Part shown: positions 9,890 through 21,921 of the stretch, piece by piece | Numbering within the stretch: position 1 is the stretch's first letter | Layout of the letters: each line of letters starts with the position of its first letter | Source of the DNA: Salisapilia sapeloensis CBS 127946 | Taxonomy: Eukaryota > Protista > Oomycota | DNA length: 42,474 bases | NCBI GenBank assembly: GCA_023334545.1 | Contig: JAADVB010000168.1 | Span: forward strand, 1-42,474 | Direction of reading: 5' to 3' | Notes under the pieces: generated by a model | Seen by the model: only the letters and a program-made list of their open reading frames with translations | Database searches by the model: none | What the model was told of the DNA's origin: nothing | Position numbers and translations under genes: made by a program

Positions 9890-10849
9890 ATGCCGGTATG
9901 TCTCCTCTATAGCACTATATCTCTATTCTAAAGGATATTTGTGTCTTTCTGAGTGATTCAGTGTATCAATTACTGACATGGGTGCCATTTTATCGCTCTT
10001 GCGTTTGATAATATGCTATATAGTCGAAAGAGAAGGAAGGAAAGAAAGGAGTGTCCAATGTCACGCGACAGACTTGGGATAAAGCACACTACGAGCGGCT
10101 CGCACAGCAGCGTGCGGGTGGTCAAGTCCAGACAGATAGCGTACGCACAAAATTTATACCGTATATTGGACTTAAAGCGTTCATATAAACTTTAATGCCA
10201 TCTATAGGAACCAACAAAGGAGATAAAGTCGAACAAGGAAGAGTTCAAGGCCGCAGATGAAGGATCTGCAGGTCCAATGGGCTCTTCGCGAGCCTTCTTG
10301 AAGTCACGAAGCCAGAAAGTTTCGCTTGATAATGACGTTGGCAAGGTCCGAGTGCTCAATGTCGACGATCCGACCAAGTCTGGCGGTTATTTCTGCGAAG
10401 TGTGTGAAGTTACACTCAAGGATTCCGTCGCTTATCTGGACCACATTAATGGGAAACGACGTACGTGCTATCTTTGCCGCTTACAAAGTGTCTCAGACTA
10501 AGATGAAGGCTAACTTCTTGCCATAGATTTAAGTAAACTCGGTTATAGTATGCGTGTGGAACGTTCCACTGCGGACCAAGTGAAGAATCGATTGCAGTCT
10601 GCAATTAAACGGAAGTGGGATCCGGTGATGACGAAGAAACTAGGAGCTTTAGAGGAGCATGAGAAGAAAGTAAAGGAGAGTGAGGAAAGAGAAGCTCGGG
10701 TAAAGCGACAGAAGAAGGAGAAGAAGAAGGCTGCGAAGGAAGGAGGTAATGATCAAGACGCCAAGGCAGAGGAGGTGACAGAGACTCCTGAGGAGGCTGA
10801 AATGAAGGCGATGATGGGCTTCAGTGGTTTTAACACCTCAAAGAAATGA
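9890..10849 (+). CDS. ZMAT2: Zinc finger matrin-type protein 2 / Snu23 (exons 9890-9895, 10024-10140, 10208-10460, 10527-10849)
   Basis: RQTWDKAHYERLAQ, GGYFCEVCEVTLKDSVAYLDHINGKRH, LGYSMRVERST and C-terminal MKAMMGFSGF. Splice phases are consistent; the 6-nt first exon is inferred. Confidence 0.92.
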
Positions 10850-11603
10850 TATTTTTACTTGTCCACATATTTTTTTCTTGCGGAAAGGACTAGTTGTTGG
10901 GAAAGCTTGTAGCAATAGGTTGTCACTAGTGTTACTAGTGCTTTGCAACCTGTTTGCTTGTGAAAACTACAACAGGTTACGTTAAGCTAGACTCCTAGAT
11001 AAGCGCTACCTGTGAATAGTTCGATAGTTTTGACTCTATGCTTCACGTGAAGATTGGCAAGCACGACGATAGCAAGGTACTTGATGAAACTGGTGCGATA
11101 GTTCCAGCTACCGACAGGTGACTTACAAGAAAACTTTATTTATGTAGTTTCGCAAAGTGGCGGGACATCATCCATATGCTACTTAGCATATCTGGTGGAT
11201 GCTTCATAAGCCTCGGATATTCTTTGACAGCTATAGCTCTACAACACTACATTTAATCCGTTTTTATCGACTCGTACTAGACGTTTCTGCCGACTACTCT
11301 TATTAATCAATGCTCCAGCACAAAGCTGTTACACCGCCATCTTCAACATGCATTCCAACGAGCTTCCTCTCATCCAGCATTTCATCCAATCCCCATCCTA
11401 GTTGAAACACGTGCACGCGTCTCTATCCTACAAAAGCCCGAAATGTCGGACATGATCCTATTTTTCTCGACTTCGACGGAAGATTCGACAGTGGCATACA
11501 AAAGTCAAGTGCTTTGAGAATCTGAAGCGTTGCGAGCCAAACCTGTGGCTCTCTCACATCCGCAATTGCTTCCTAGAACAAACGTACTAAGAACATACTA
11601 ACA

Positions 11604-12805
11604 ATGCGTGGAGCTCAAGTCCTACGTCGATTCGCTGCTACAGCCACCAAGAGTGCTGCGCCAGTGCGGTTCACGGCCGCTCGTGCACTCGCGCCTGCTT
11701 TCACCCAGCAGTCTGCTCTAACTACTCGTGGCTTTGCCTCGGGACCTGCAGACCAAGACCTGTCGGACCTCTTTGGCGCCGAGTACGGCGACGAAGAGTT
11801 CGTCCAGTACCCTTCTGTCTCTGCCAAGGTGAATGAGAAGGCTCCGAGCTTCTCCACCGACGCTGTCATCGGAGACGACATCACGACGGTGTCTCTCGAC
11901 GACTACGCTGGCAAGTACAAGGTGCTCTTCTTCTACCCGAAGGACTTTACGTACGTCTGCCCGACGGAGATCATCGCCTTTAGCGACCGTGTCAAGGAAT
12001 TCGAAGAGCTCGGTGTCCAAGTCATGGCTTGTTCCACGGACTCTCCTGAAGCTCACTTGGCTTGGACGCGTACGCCTCGTAACAAGGGCGGTCTCGGCGA
12101 CATGAACATTCCGATCCTGTCCGACTTGACTAAGGTCATTTCCGCCAAGTACGGCGTCCTCCTGGAAGACCAGGGCGTCGCGCTACGAGGCCTGTTCATC
12201 ATCGACGGCAACGACGTCGTCCAGCAGATTACGATCAACAACCTTCCGATCGGCCGCAGCGTCGACGAGACCTTGCGTCTCGTCAAGGCGCTCCAGTTCG
12301 TCGAGGAGCATGGCGAGGTCTGTCCTGCCAACTGGACGCCTGGTGACAAGTACTATTTGCATTGATATTCTCCTAAAGACATTGAACTAACGCAAGAGAT
12401 AGGACGATCCAGAGCGACCCGAAGAACGCATTCAAGTACTTCTCGACGCTTGAAGGAGAGGAGGAGACGTCGGACGAGAACCAAGCGCTCCAGACCGTCA
12501 CGTCTCGTAAGCAATTCGACGATGCTGTCAACTCTGGTAAGCCAGTCGTCGCTGAGTTCATGGCGCCGTGGTGCGGCAAGTGTTCCCAGATCCTGCCGTT
12601 CGTCCAGCAGCTCGCGAATGAGACGCCGGACGTGACGTTTTTGAAACTCGACGTGACGCACCCGGACAATGAAGACTTGAAGAATGAGCTCGAGATTGAT
12701 GTCTTCCCTGAATTCCGCTTCTACAAGGACGGCAAGCCGGTCGAGAAGCCTGTGACAGGATACAAGAAGGGTCCGTTGAAAAAGACGGTCGAGAAACTTG
12801 CCTAA
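11604..12805 (+). CDS. Mitochondrial typical 2-Cys peroxiredoxin fused to a C-terminal thioredoxin domain (exons 11604-12349, 12403-12805; 382 aa)
   Basis: Arg/Ala/Thr-rich presequence, FYPKDFTYVCPTE, GGLG and EVCPANW. A 53-nt intron (GTAC..ACTAAC..ATAG) joins in frame to KTIQSDP..KYFS, an acidic linker and then EFMAPWCGKC. Confidence 0.93.
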
Positions 12806-12816
12806 GAGAAATATAT

Positions 12817-15283
12817 TCAAGGCCGTTGGGCCATTCGACGCAGTCGTTGTTTGTGTCTACTTTCAGGTGGAGGCTGCGCGGCACCGACTCCCATCGTCTC
12901 CATGCCGCTCTGTCCGTTGTTCGCGATAGGTGCCGTGATACCAGTGCCATGCTTGCCGAGACCCTGTCCGCTCTTCCATCCCATAAGCTTGAGCATCCTG
13001 CCACCGATCCCCGTCTCAAGCGTCGATGACAGCTCTGCTTCACTCGGAGGCTCGGCGTCCTCTGGCATTGTAAGCACGCGAGACGGCTCTTCAGTCAAGA
13101 CGCTACGAGGTCGAGGGGCGACGGGAGGGAGAGGTGCCATCGGGATGGCGACTGGGTGCTTTCGACACAGCGATTCGTGCTTTCGAAGCTGCTCGATCGA
13201 AGCTGCTTCCCATTTGCATACCTGCGTAGATACATGTTATAGATCACTCTAGATATCGAATATAGATCTGATCTTCGGACCAAGCAGATGAGTGAGTCTG
13301 GCGTATCGTCCGGCGTCCAGTTCGAGCCTTTCGGAGCAGGAGATGGCTCGGCATCTACCTGCGGCTGGGACCACGTCGCGTCGTCTAGTGACTTGCGCTT
13401 CGTACTCACCTTCTTACCACTCTTATTGCTGCCAAAGCTGAGGGTAAAGGAGACTGGAGCAGTGCTATCTGCCTCCGGTGCAGTTGGCTCAGTCGAGAGA
13501 GTAGCCGAGTCGACTGGTGGCGTCGGATGATACGGTTGAAAGGTGGTCGCGTAGGTGTAGTAGAGACCTCGATACGCATCGTAGTAGTGTTTGGTGTCCG
13601 TGTCGTAATAAAACATACTATCAGGTTCATAGAAAAGGCCAGAGGAACTATCAAAGACATAGTTAGCTCCGCCAGATTCGAACGGAGGCGGCCACTCCTT
13701 CTTTGGCTCTTGTAACTCTGGAGCAGATGTTGGCTCTACTTGCATCTCTCCTTCATTCGCACTAGTTGTCTCCTACACACGAGTGAGGTCTAAGGGAATG
13801 TAGATGCTAGGGTCTGGCTGTACCAGCATGGACTGGATGGGGTTGACGGCGGCGTTGTATCCGTTGGCCATGGCCCATTGGGCTTGACTCAAAGCCTCTG
13901 CAGCATACGGATTGGGCGCAATCGATCGTCGGTCCTTTGGATGGAAGCCGTCTTTTGCGTACGACACGCGCACGACACTTCCATGGATACGCAACGGTCC
14001 TGCTTTCGCCACTTGCAACGCTCTTCCTGCATGCTTTAAATGCAACAACGACAAGTTAGATTGCAAAAAGTGTCCAAGCGAAATGTGGTAGAGTCGGAGA
14101 AATGACTAGAGAGATAGAGTATTCACAGTACGTCCAGATCGATGAACTCAACAAAGCCAAAGCCTCTTGATGCATTCGATACGCGGTCACGAACGAGTCG
14201 AATGTCTTTCACGCCTGGACATTCGGCAAAAGCTACTTGAAGCTATAGGAAAGACATGAATTAGGAGTTTCTATCGTGAGAAGATGTAATAAAGTACTTC
14301 GGATTCATCTGCTTCGAAAGGAAGCATGCGAACGACAAGAACGTGACATGGTTCGTTACTGTCTTCCTGACCATTGACATCCATATTAATCGGTTGGGCT
14401 AATTCCGTCGCGTTCTCCGTCTTGGGAGCTCCGCATTTGAAGCAGACAGTCCGACGGGAAAAGTTATCAATGCCACACTACCACCACTGAATTAATAATC
14501 TTGAGGGATGAGAGACTGATAGGCTGTGTACGTATTCGCAGAGCCAGTCCAGACGAGGTGGACGAGGGGGAGGAGCAACGGCAGATTGCTTCACGTCTTT
14601 CTTGTCATCGAATTTAATCAGAACCTGTCGGTCCAGCAATTGGAGAGGCTTATGCGCTACTAAGAGTGTTAGTAGAGTGAATCTAGACAGAATGCATACA
14701 ACGGATCGTACAGTAATAGTCTACGACTTCTTGTGCGACGGAAGGAGAGGTAAAGTCCACGAATGCAAAGCCTCTCGGTTCGCCAGTGGGCTGATGATAG
14801 ATAAAGCATTTAGCACTGGACGATAAATCATATATATTCGTCACGGCATACTTTATGGAAGACGATTCGGACGTCTTGCGGGTTGAATTGAGCAAGCTCC
14901 GTGAGTATCTAGACGGTCGATGCATGAGGACGTAGTACTAGCTATAGTACTATCAATACAAGTACATTGGGTTTCGTGACGGCAGGTGGGAGGCCACGGA
15001 GGATAAGTGTATTACTGGTAGGTTCCTCCTTCGGTACCGATTGCTGGACAGCGGACGCTTCTTGCGATCGTGATGGCTGCTCTTTTCGACGACTTTCACG
15101 AGGCGAGTCTCGAGATCTCGACCGGCCTCGACGACGGTTTTCACGGTACCGAGAGGATCTGGATGATTGAGGCGAAGGAGACACACGTCGATGGGATGAA
15201 CGACTGCGTCGACGATCGCCGCTGCGGTCGCGCCGGCGGTCTCGGCTTCTGTCTCGGCTTCTGTCTCGGCTCCGGTCGCGCAT
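12817..15283 (-). CDS. RBM5: RBM5/RBM10-like splicing regulator (RS-rich N-terminus, RRM, RanBP2 zinc finger, RRM, OCRE, G-patch); many short introns
   Basis: MRDRSRDRS start at 15283; RGFAFVDF; DWLCEY|CGIDNFSRRTVCFKC; RGFGFVEF; YVFDSSSGLFYEPDSMFYYD; GIGGRMLKLMGWKSGQGLGK. The 3' exon junctions are not all resolved. Confidence 0.9.
15241..15276. repeat. 12-nt coding tandem repeat (CTCGGCTTCTGT, about 3 copies) encoding RDRS
   Basis: Directly visible; it lies in the RS domain of the RBM5-like gene. Confidence 0.8.
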
Positions 15284-17343
15284 TTTCGCTCTTCGTGGTG
15301 GACGAGTGGCTATGATTTTGAGTGAGAATACTTTATCCAAGTATAGGAGAGCTAGAAAAGGCGTTATACGAACGGACTCTTTTCCTAGTTATGAACGCGC
15401 GCATTGAGATGAAGAAGCTCGTCTTTCATGTACTCTATAGTTTAGATTATGAAGATACCAGTAGTGTAGGTGGAAAGTCAAACGAAATGCGGTGGTAGAT
15501 AAGTTGATTAGTACAAAGGATAGAAGTCAATATGCATTGCATGGATAGTTGCTGTATTGCCACCTCTTCATATATCCTGTTAAATAGGATTATAGACTTA
15601 GCAAAAAGTGATAGAGTAAATGGATGGCAAGGCGCTGATCTGGCCTTGTTATTGAAGCTACAAGTAGATCGAGCTATGAGGAGAAAAGATAATGGAGCAA
15701 TGTCCAGGTTACCGCATGTAAGCCGCCAGCCTGAAATCAGTTGTACCGAACGATGCTCTCCTAGCCGTAATGAGTTGCATGCAGATTCGACTTACTAGCT
15801 TATTGAATACGCTATGGATCAATAAAGCAAGGAAGATGGTAGTGGTAACGTATTGCTGAATGAGATGATAACTTGATCCGTTCAGAATTATAAAGCACGT
15901 AGCTTATAGCGCGATGGCGGGGAAATGCGGCTCGCAGATGCTTTAAGATAAACCTGCGATTCATCGCTCGCTTTTGCATGCTAAAAATGAGAAAGGAAGG
16001 GAAATTGATCTGATAAGACGTTGATTTGAAATACATCTTTTTAAGCCACATCTTGTAGCTTTAACTGATAGTTACGGGGAGAATGCACAAAAGGTTATGC
16101 TTCTTAGCAAGTTGGGCCATTTGAGGAGATAATGAGAAGAAATAGTTGACTGTTGTCGTTGGATCTCGGCTGGTAACCTGACTCGACTCGTCTTCCTATC
16201 CAGGATATCCATTCGAACATTGGACCTGATCGTCCGTCTTCGTGTCTGACAAAAGCAATTGCGTGCTCGGTAAGTTTAAATGATAGGGCATTCTACTTGT
16301 AGATAAATTGAAAAGGAGAAAAGAATTTGCTCGCATGGTCCTTTTATGAGTGATTTTCATGTTGAACGGAAACTTGGGCTTTGAAAGCGCGAATTTTCAA
16401 GCTTTGGTCAAGCAGTCTAAAGCAAACAACAGAGCTAATTTAGCACGGCCTTATTGTCAATAATTCGTCTAGCTACATGTAAAGTTGGATATAATTCTTT
16501 GTAGCTCAAATGCCAACACTAGAAGCAGAAGTAGTATGACAAGTCAAGGTGCTCGTACATCCCGATGTGATTGACCATAATGCGGACAAAAGCATGATAT
16601 CTTTAGCTGGGTACCTCCCTAGAACATACATTACGAAACGCATTTATCATTTATGGTCTAGCAATATGCACAACGTTCCTACCTAATTGCCGGGAGCGCA
16701 ACGGAAATACACTCCTTGATGTAATGTACTATATGTTTGCCGTTAAAGCGTACTTCTCATGTCAACGAAGCTGCGATGGCTCTATCATTTTTTTCGCTCT
16801 ATCAAAATCACCCATTCATCGAAAGGCGGGACGATTAGAGATGCAAAACGGAGGGATGGAGCTGCCAAGGAACGTTGTGGATGAACATAGGACACTGTGG
16901 ATGGAACAACTTGCAGCGCATGCGCTGCAGTCAATCTTAATCACCCATATTCAAATATTGCTTAGCATAAGGAAACTAGTGGATCTAAGTACTCTTTCGT
17001 CTACGTTCTAGTTAGCCGTTACTCGTGGACTATTACGGAAGTTGCTATCATCAACATAAAACTCATTCCAAAACAGTGTAGATGACACTCATTTGAAGTT
17101 CAAGCCGATATTTGGAGATCTGCTTACCGTTCTTACTCTTTCTTCTATGCATAGTCCCATTAGAAAGTTAAAATTTTATCACCCAGGAGGAATACAATCT
17201 CCTCAACATGAACATGCAGGCATTTCAACCCTGAGAAGCCTCTTCTTAGCTTTTTGAATCATTTTTAATTTTCCTTCAAACCCCGAGTTAGGCCACATAC
17301 AGATAGCTCAGTTCGTCAAGCTTGCTCATAAGCCTCGATCAGA

Positions 17344-19082
17344 ATGGCATTCCGATCCATTCAACTACCGGAAGTTGTGGGAAATAATGAAATGCTGGTC
17401 ACAACTGCCCTGGTCATCGCTGGCGCCTACGTCTTGTCGAAAACTTACAACTGGCTCACCATATCCAAATTGGAACGCAACGCCCCTTTATTGCCTACAC
17501 CACCAGGACATCTCCCGTTCATTGGACTTACTCTTCAAATCCTCTGGAACCAGAACCGATTTCATGACTGGTTGACCGAGTGCAGCGAGCAGTTCGGACC
17601 GCAGCCATACAAACTCTATATTGCTGGCCTTCCTCCAATAGTTGTCGTTAATACGGAAGAGCTTTTCGAAGACGTGATGAAAACGCAGTTTGAGAACTTC
17701 CCAAAGGTATCACGTACATACACTACCTTGGTAAGCTCGCTCTAAACTGTTTTACAACTTGGTCAAAGTAGGGTCCAAACGTGAACCAAATTGTTGGTGA
17801 TCTCCTCGGAGACGGTATCTTCGGTGTTGGTGCGTCCAATATTTTACGCTTGATATCTATTACATTGCTGATTCAGATAAGAGTAGACGGAGAGAAGTGG
17901 TATCATCAGCGCAAGACAGCCCGTCACTTGTTTACGATGAAAGCTTTAAAGGGCACGATAGAAGATGCGATTTGCAGAAGTGTCCCTGTCCTTAATGCCA
18001 TTTTGGAATCAAGTCGATTGTCAGGGAAGAAGGTGGTTCTAACACGACTCTTATCTAAATTTACGATGGAGACCTTTGGTATCATTGGCTTTGGCGTTGA
18101 TCTGAATCAACTGGATACGAATGACGAGCATCCATTGCATAAAGCGTTCGATAGCGCCACGTCTGGGCTCATTTACCGTGTCATCACACCCATGTGGCTG
18201 TGGAAACTTCAGCGCTTCTTTAGTATTGGCAAGGAAGGTGAGATTCGTCGGAGCGTGGAAGTGATCGACGAGTTCGTATACGGTATCATCCGTAACTCTT
18301 TCGAACGTCGCAATATGCAAGGAGTCAAGAGTAATGAGTCTGATAGTAGCAACCGTCGGGACCTTATATCCTTGTTTCTCGATACCGAATGCATGTACGG
18401 ATCGAAAAGCAGTACGTTGGACTACCGGTTCCTGCGTGACATTGTCGTCAATTTTGTATTTGCTGGACGGGATTCGACATCCAACACTTTGTCTTGGATC
18501 TTCTGCTTGCTCGCCCAACGTCCGGACGTCCAACGCAAAGCCTGTAAAGAGTTGGTGACAGAGCTCCCGGATCTTGTCAATGGATATATGGATGCTCCGA
18601 CCATGGAACAAGTGAGCAACTTGGTCTATCTGGATGCAATCATAAAAGAGACGCTACGTTTGTATCCTCAAGTACCTACAAATAGGCGCGAAGCTATCAA
18701 AGACACGTTCCTATGTGATGGAACGTTGGTACCAAAAGGACACGCTGTCAACATCTCTTCGTACGTTCATGGTCGCATGAAGCACATTTGGGGCGAAGAC
18801 GCAAAAGAGTTTAAACCAGAGCGATGGATTGATGAAAAAACAGGAAAGGTGAAAACTGAGACGACTTGGAAATTCCCTGCTTTCCATGGTGGCAATCGCA
18901 CTTGCATCGGACAGCGACTGGCAAACATGCAGATCAAGATTGTCGTCGCAAGTGTCCTTGCGAAATATCAACTAAAAATCGACGAAACAAGAGAAATCAC
19001 GTACGACATGAGCTTGACGCTGCCGATAAAAGGTGGCCTACCAGTCACTGTGGATAAGGCTCCGCATGCGGTTGCAGGGTAA
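17344..19082 (+). CDS. Cytochrome P450, CYP86/CYP704-clan-like (exons 17344-17706, 17772-17829, 17887-19082)
   Basis: N-terminal TM anchor, PPGHLPFIG, LLGDGIF..DGEKW..QRK, FAGRDST, ETLRLYP, PERW and heme motif FHGGNRTCIG. Confidence 0.95.
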
Positions 19083-19482
19083 GAGGAAGGATGAAATGAA
19101 GCAATACATAATACAGAAAAGTGGATATTGGAGCTTATGAATATAACGTCTTTATTACTGCTGTTCATGTACTTTGTTGCATGTACTCTGCAGCAAAGTC
19201 ATCGTACAAAGCATGAAACGGACGAATATCAAGATAGACCAGAATGGTCAAAAGTATGCCCCATCTGCTATTCTTTTATGTGGTTATGTATATTATATAT
19301 GTGGAGTGCAAAGACATTTCCATAACGAACTCTAGGTAGAGCTCCCACCTTCTTCCTACTTGTGTACGAGAAAACGGAGTGCGTCCAAGCATATCGTTCG
19401 TGTGTCTTTAAATCCATATCCTTACGACTGGACCTCGCGACCGGATAAAGTTCTCTCTGAGCTTTGCTTATTACGAATAAAC

Positions 19483-19979
19483 ATGGAGACCCAAGTCGTG
19501 GAGATGACCGAGGCGGAGGCTGCGCAGCACCAACTGCAGATGGAGCAGCAGCTCAAGACCTTTTGGCAGAAGCAACTCGTAGAGGTATGGCCTGTATCAT
19601 GTTTATTAGCCAGTGCGTAGTAAAAACACGGTACTGGGGTCTAGATGGAGCAATTGGAAGTCGGGAGTGAACAAGGTCCATTTTCTTTTTATCAACATGT
19701 ATACGTCCACCTAACGCTCCGATAGACTTTAAGAACCATAACGACCTTCCGCTGGCACGTATCAAGCGTATCATGAAATCGGATGAAGACGTTCGTATGA
19801 TCAGTGCCGAGGCTCCTGTCCTGTTCGCCAAAGCCTGTGAGATGTTCATCTTAGAACTCACTTTGCGTGCGTGGGGATACTCTGAAAAGAACAAGCGTCG
19901 TACGTTGCAAAAGGAGGACATTCAGACCGCCATTCGCAACACGGACATCTTTGATTTTCTTGTGGACGTCATCAACTAA
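19483..19979 (+). CDS. NFYC: Nuclear transcription factor Y subunit C (exons 19483-19584, 19645-19675, 19726-19979; 128 aa)
   Basis: [46 protein letters not shown] and [17 protein letters not shown]. Confidence 0.96.
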
Positions 19980-20038
19980 GTGTCTACTAGCTACATTGGT
20001 CTCCTTCCAATCGAAAAACGAGTTCTTTGCTTTCCATC

Positions 20039-21745
20039 TTAGTGTTCCAATCCTTCTTTAATACCAGCAACCACGTGCTCATACTTGGGAAACAGCTTCT
20101 CATCGCCACAGTACACGACACTCGGCTCGTGCTCCATCGCTTGGCGCATCACGCGCATTAGATCCTCTTGCGTCACCTTGTCAATCTTGGCACATACGCT
20201 CTCGGGGCTCTCACGCTCTCCGTACGTCAGTAGCTGTCGACCAATGTCTTCGTACAAGACCATTCGACTCTCGAGATTCATCAGGACAGAAGATTTGAGC
20301 TGGTTCTTCGCGCGTTCGAGCTCCAACGGCTGGACAGGACGCTTCGCAACGTCCAGCAGTTGGTTGCACAGGAGCGCTACGAGGTTGCTCGTGTGGGACG
20401 GAAGACCGGCGCCGTAGATACCGAGTAAACCGACGTCATCGTGGATGGCAGACAAGGCAAAGGCTGACTCGACCCAGTAGAATCGGTTCAGGACACTCGT
20501 GTAGAGACGACTGTACATGCCTTTGCCTGGTCCTCCGGCAGAGAAGCTATCACCACCACCTAGTAGCGTGTGGAGGACGCAGACAGGAACGAGGTCATCG
20601 TCGTGCCACCCGCCTTTTGTGGGGAACGCAACGGCAGCGTAGGAGAACTCGGTGTCTGTTCGAGGAAGCATCTCCACGCCGCCTTTGTACACGACTGGAT
20701 GATTGACCTTGGTCGAAGAGGTGGTTGGGAGGTCGGCAAAGTACTTTTTCGCGTAGCTGACAAGAGACTCGTGCTCGATACCAGCGCCGGCAAGTACGAG
20801 ATTGTCCGGAGTGAAGCGTTCTTGACGGAACTTGAGGACTTTGTCAACGGTGAGGTTATCTACTTTATCAAGAGGACACTGGACAGGACGGCCGAGAGAG
20901 GATGTGGGCCCGTAGGCAGCTGCGTGGATGTAGTCTTGGACCAGAGCAGGAGAGTTCTGGAGCATGTCTTCCGTCTCGATCTTCATGATCTGCTTCACGA
21001 ACTCTACTTCTTCTACGTCTAGAGCTGGATTCACGATCGTGTCAGCTAGGAGTGCTAGGCCTCGCTCGGCGTTGTCGCGGAGGAGGTCGATGGTGTAGAT
21101 GATCTGTTCTCGGTCGGCCGTGGCGGACGTGACGGCACCAATATCTTCTGCTTCTCGGACGAACTCTGCGTGGCTTCGAGAAGTAGAGGACTTAAAGCCG
21201 AGGTGCTGGAGCATGTGACTGACGCCGACATTTTCATCTACAGAGGCATTAGGATGGTATGAGGAGGAAGAAGGAAGAGGGCGAGTACCGTTTTCAAAGA
21301 TGGTGCCGGCACCGACGAAGACGCCGAGAGTTGCTGCCTGGCCGTATGTTTCCTGCGAGATCACACGAAGACCCGAAGGGAGTGTCGTGACCTGTGTCTG
21401 TGGCGCGTCGAGCTGATCGGCAGGCTTGAGTACTGGCAGTCTAGCGGTGCAAGGAGCGTAAGTAGGATGCTATAGGTGTCTTGGCAGCGTAAGAGCGGAT
21501 ATATACCCCGGTAATTCCTGGTCGAGTGGCAATTGGGACCTGGAACTCTTCTCTGGACGAAGGATGGACGCAGGATCGACCGGCTCATCGACCGAGGTCG
21601 GGCTCATCTTCTGTTTGGAGATTGTTGATGCATGAAAGCTACGGGACTGAGGTTGCAACCAGCTCTGCTGGACAATGGAAGCTGTAGCACGTTGCAAGTG
21701 CTTGGCGTGGCGCCGTACGAGCGCCGAGGTAGGACGACGTAGCAT
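20039..21745 (-). CDS. PMPCA: Mitochondrial processing peptidase alpha subunit (exons 21745-21507, 21440-20039; 546 aa)
   Basis: Presequence, TTLPSGLRVISQE, Gly-rich loop GGGDSFSAGGPGKGMYSRLY, MNLESR and EDIGRQLL. It lacks HXXEH (has HMLQH), as expected for the alpha subunit. Confidence 0.96.
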
Positions 21746-21921
21746 GAGTCTCTATGAAGGTTTTCTGCTTTGGCACCAACAGAATGGCAATTGACTTGAC
21801 ATTTGTATATATGCAGTTCTTCAATACAACATGCAGTCCACTCTCATAAAGAAAGATAAAGAGAATACAATATTTTGAGATATAGTACTAAGAGTGGCAT
21901 CCGGTGTTGGTACTTAAGACG

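Noticed and set aside
11174-11191. Inverted repeat ATATGCTA-CT-TAGCATAT in the ZMAT2/Prx intergenic region
   Set aside because: Isolated, 2-nt loop, no flanking TSD or second copy visible.
11615-12820. Many long overlapping and antisense ORFs over the Prx-Trx gene (likewise over MPP-alpha, SGT and FIP1)
   Set aside because: Expected shadows of strong C-ending codon bias and low-complexity coding; none has recognisable motifs.
15447-15798. Frames open on both strands for ~90-115 codons in the 2-kb gap upstream of the RBM5-like gene
   Set aside because: No recognisable motif, no convincing start or splice path; cannot be supported without expression data.
16291-16304. TTCTACTTGTAGAT resembles the Cas12a direct-repeat stem (TCTAC..GTAGA)
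   Set aside because: Single copy, 2-nt loop, no spacers or cas genes, eukaryotic context; a chance palindrome.
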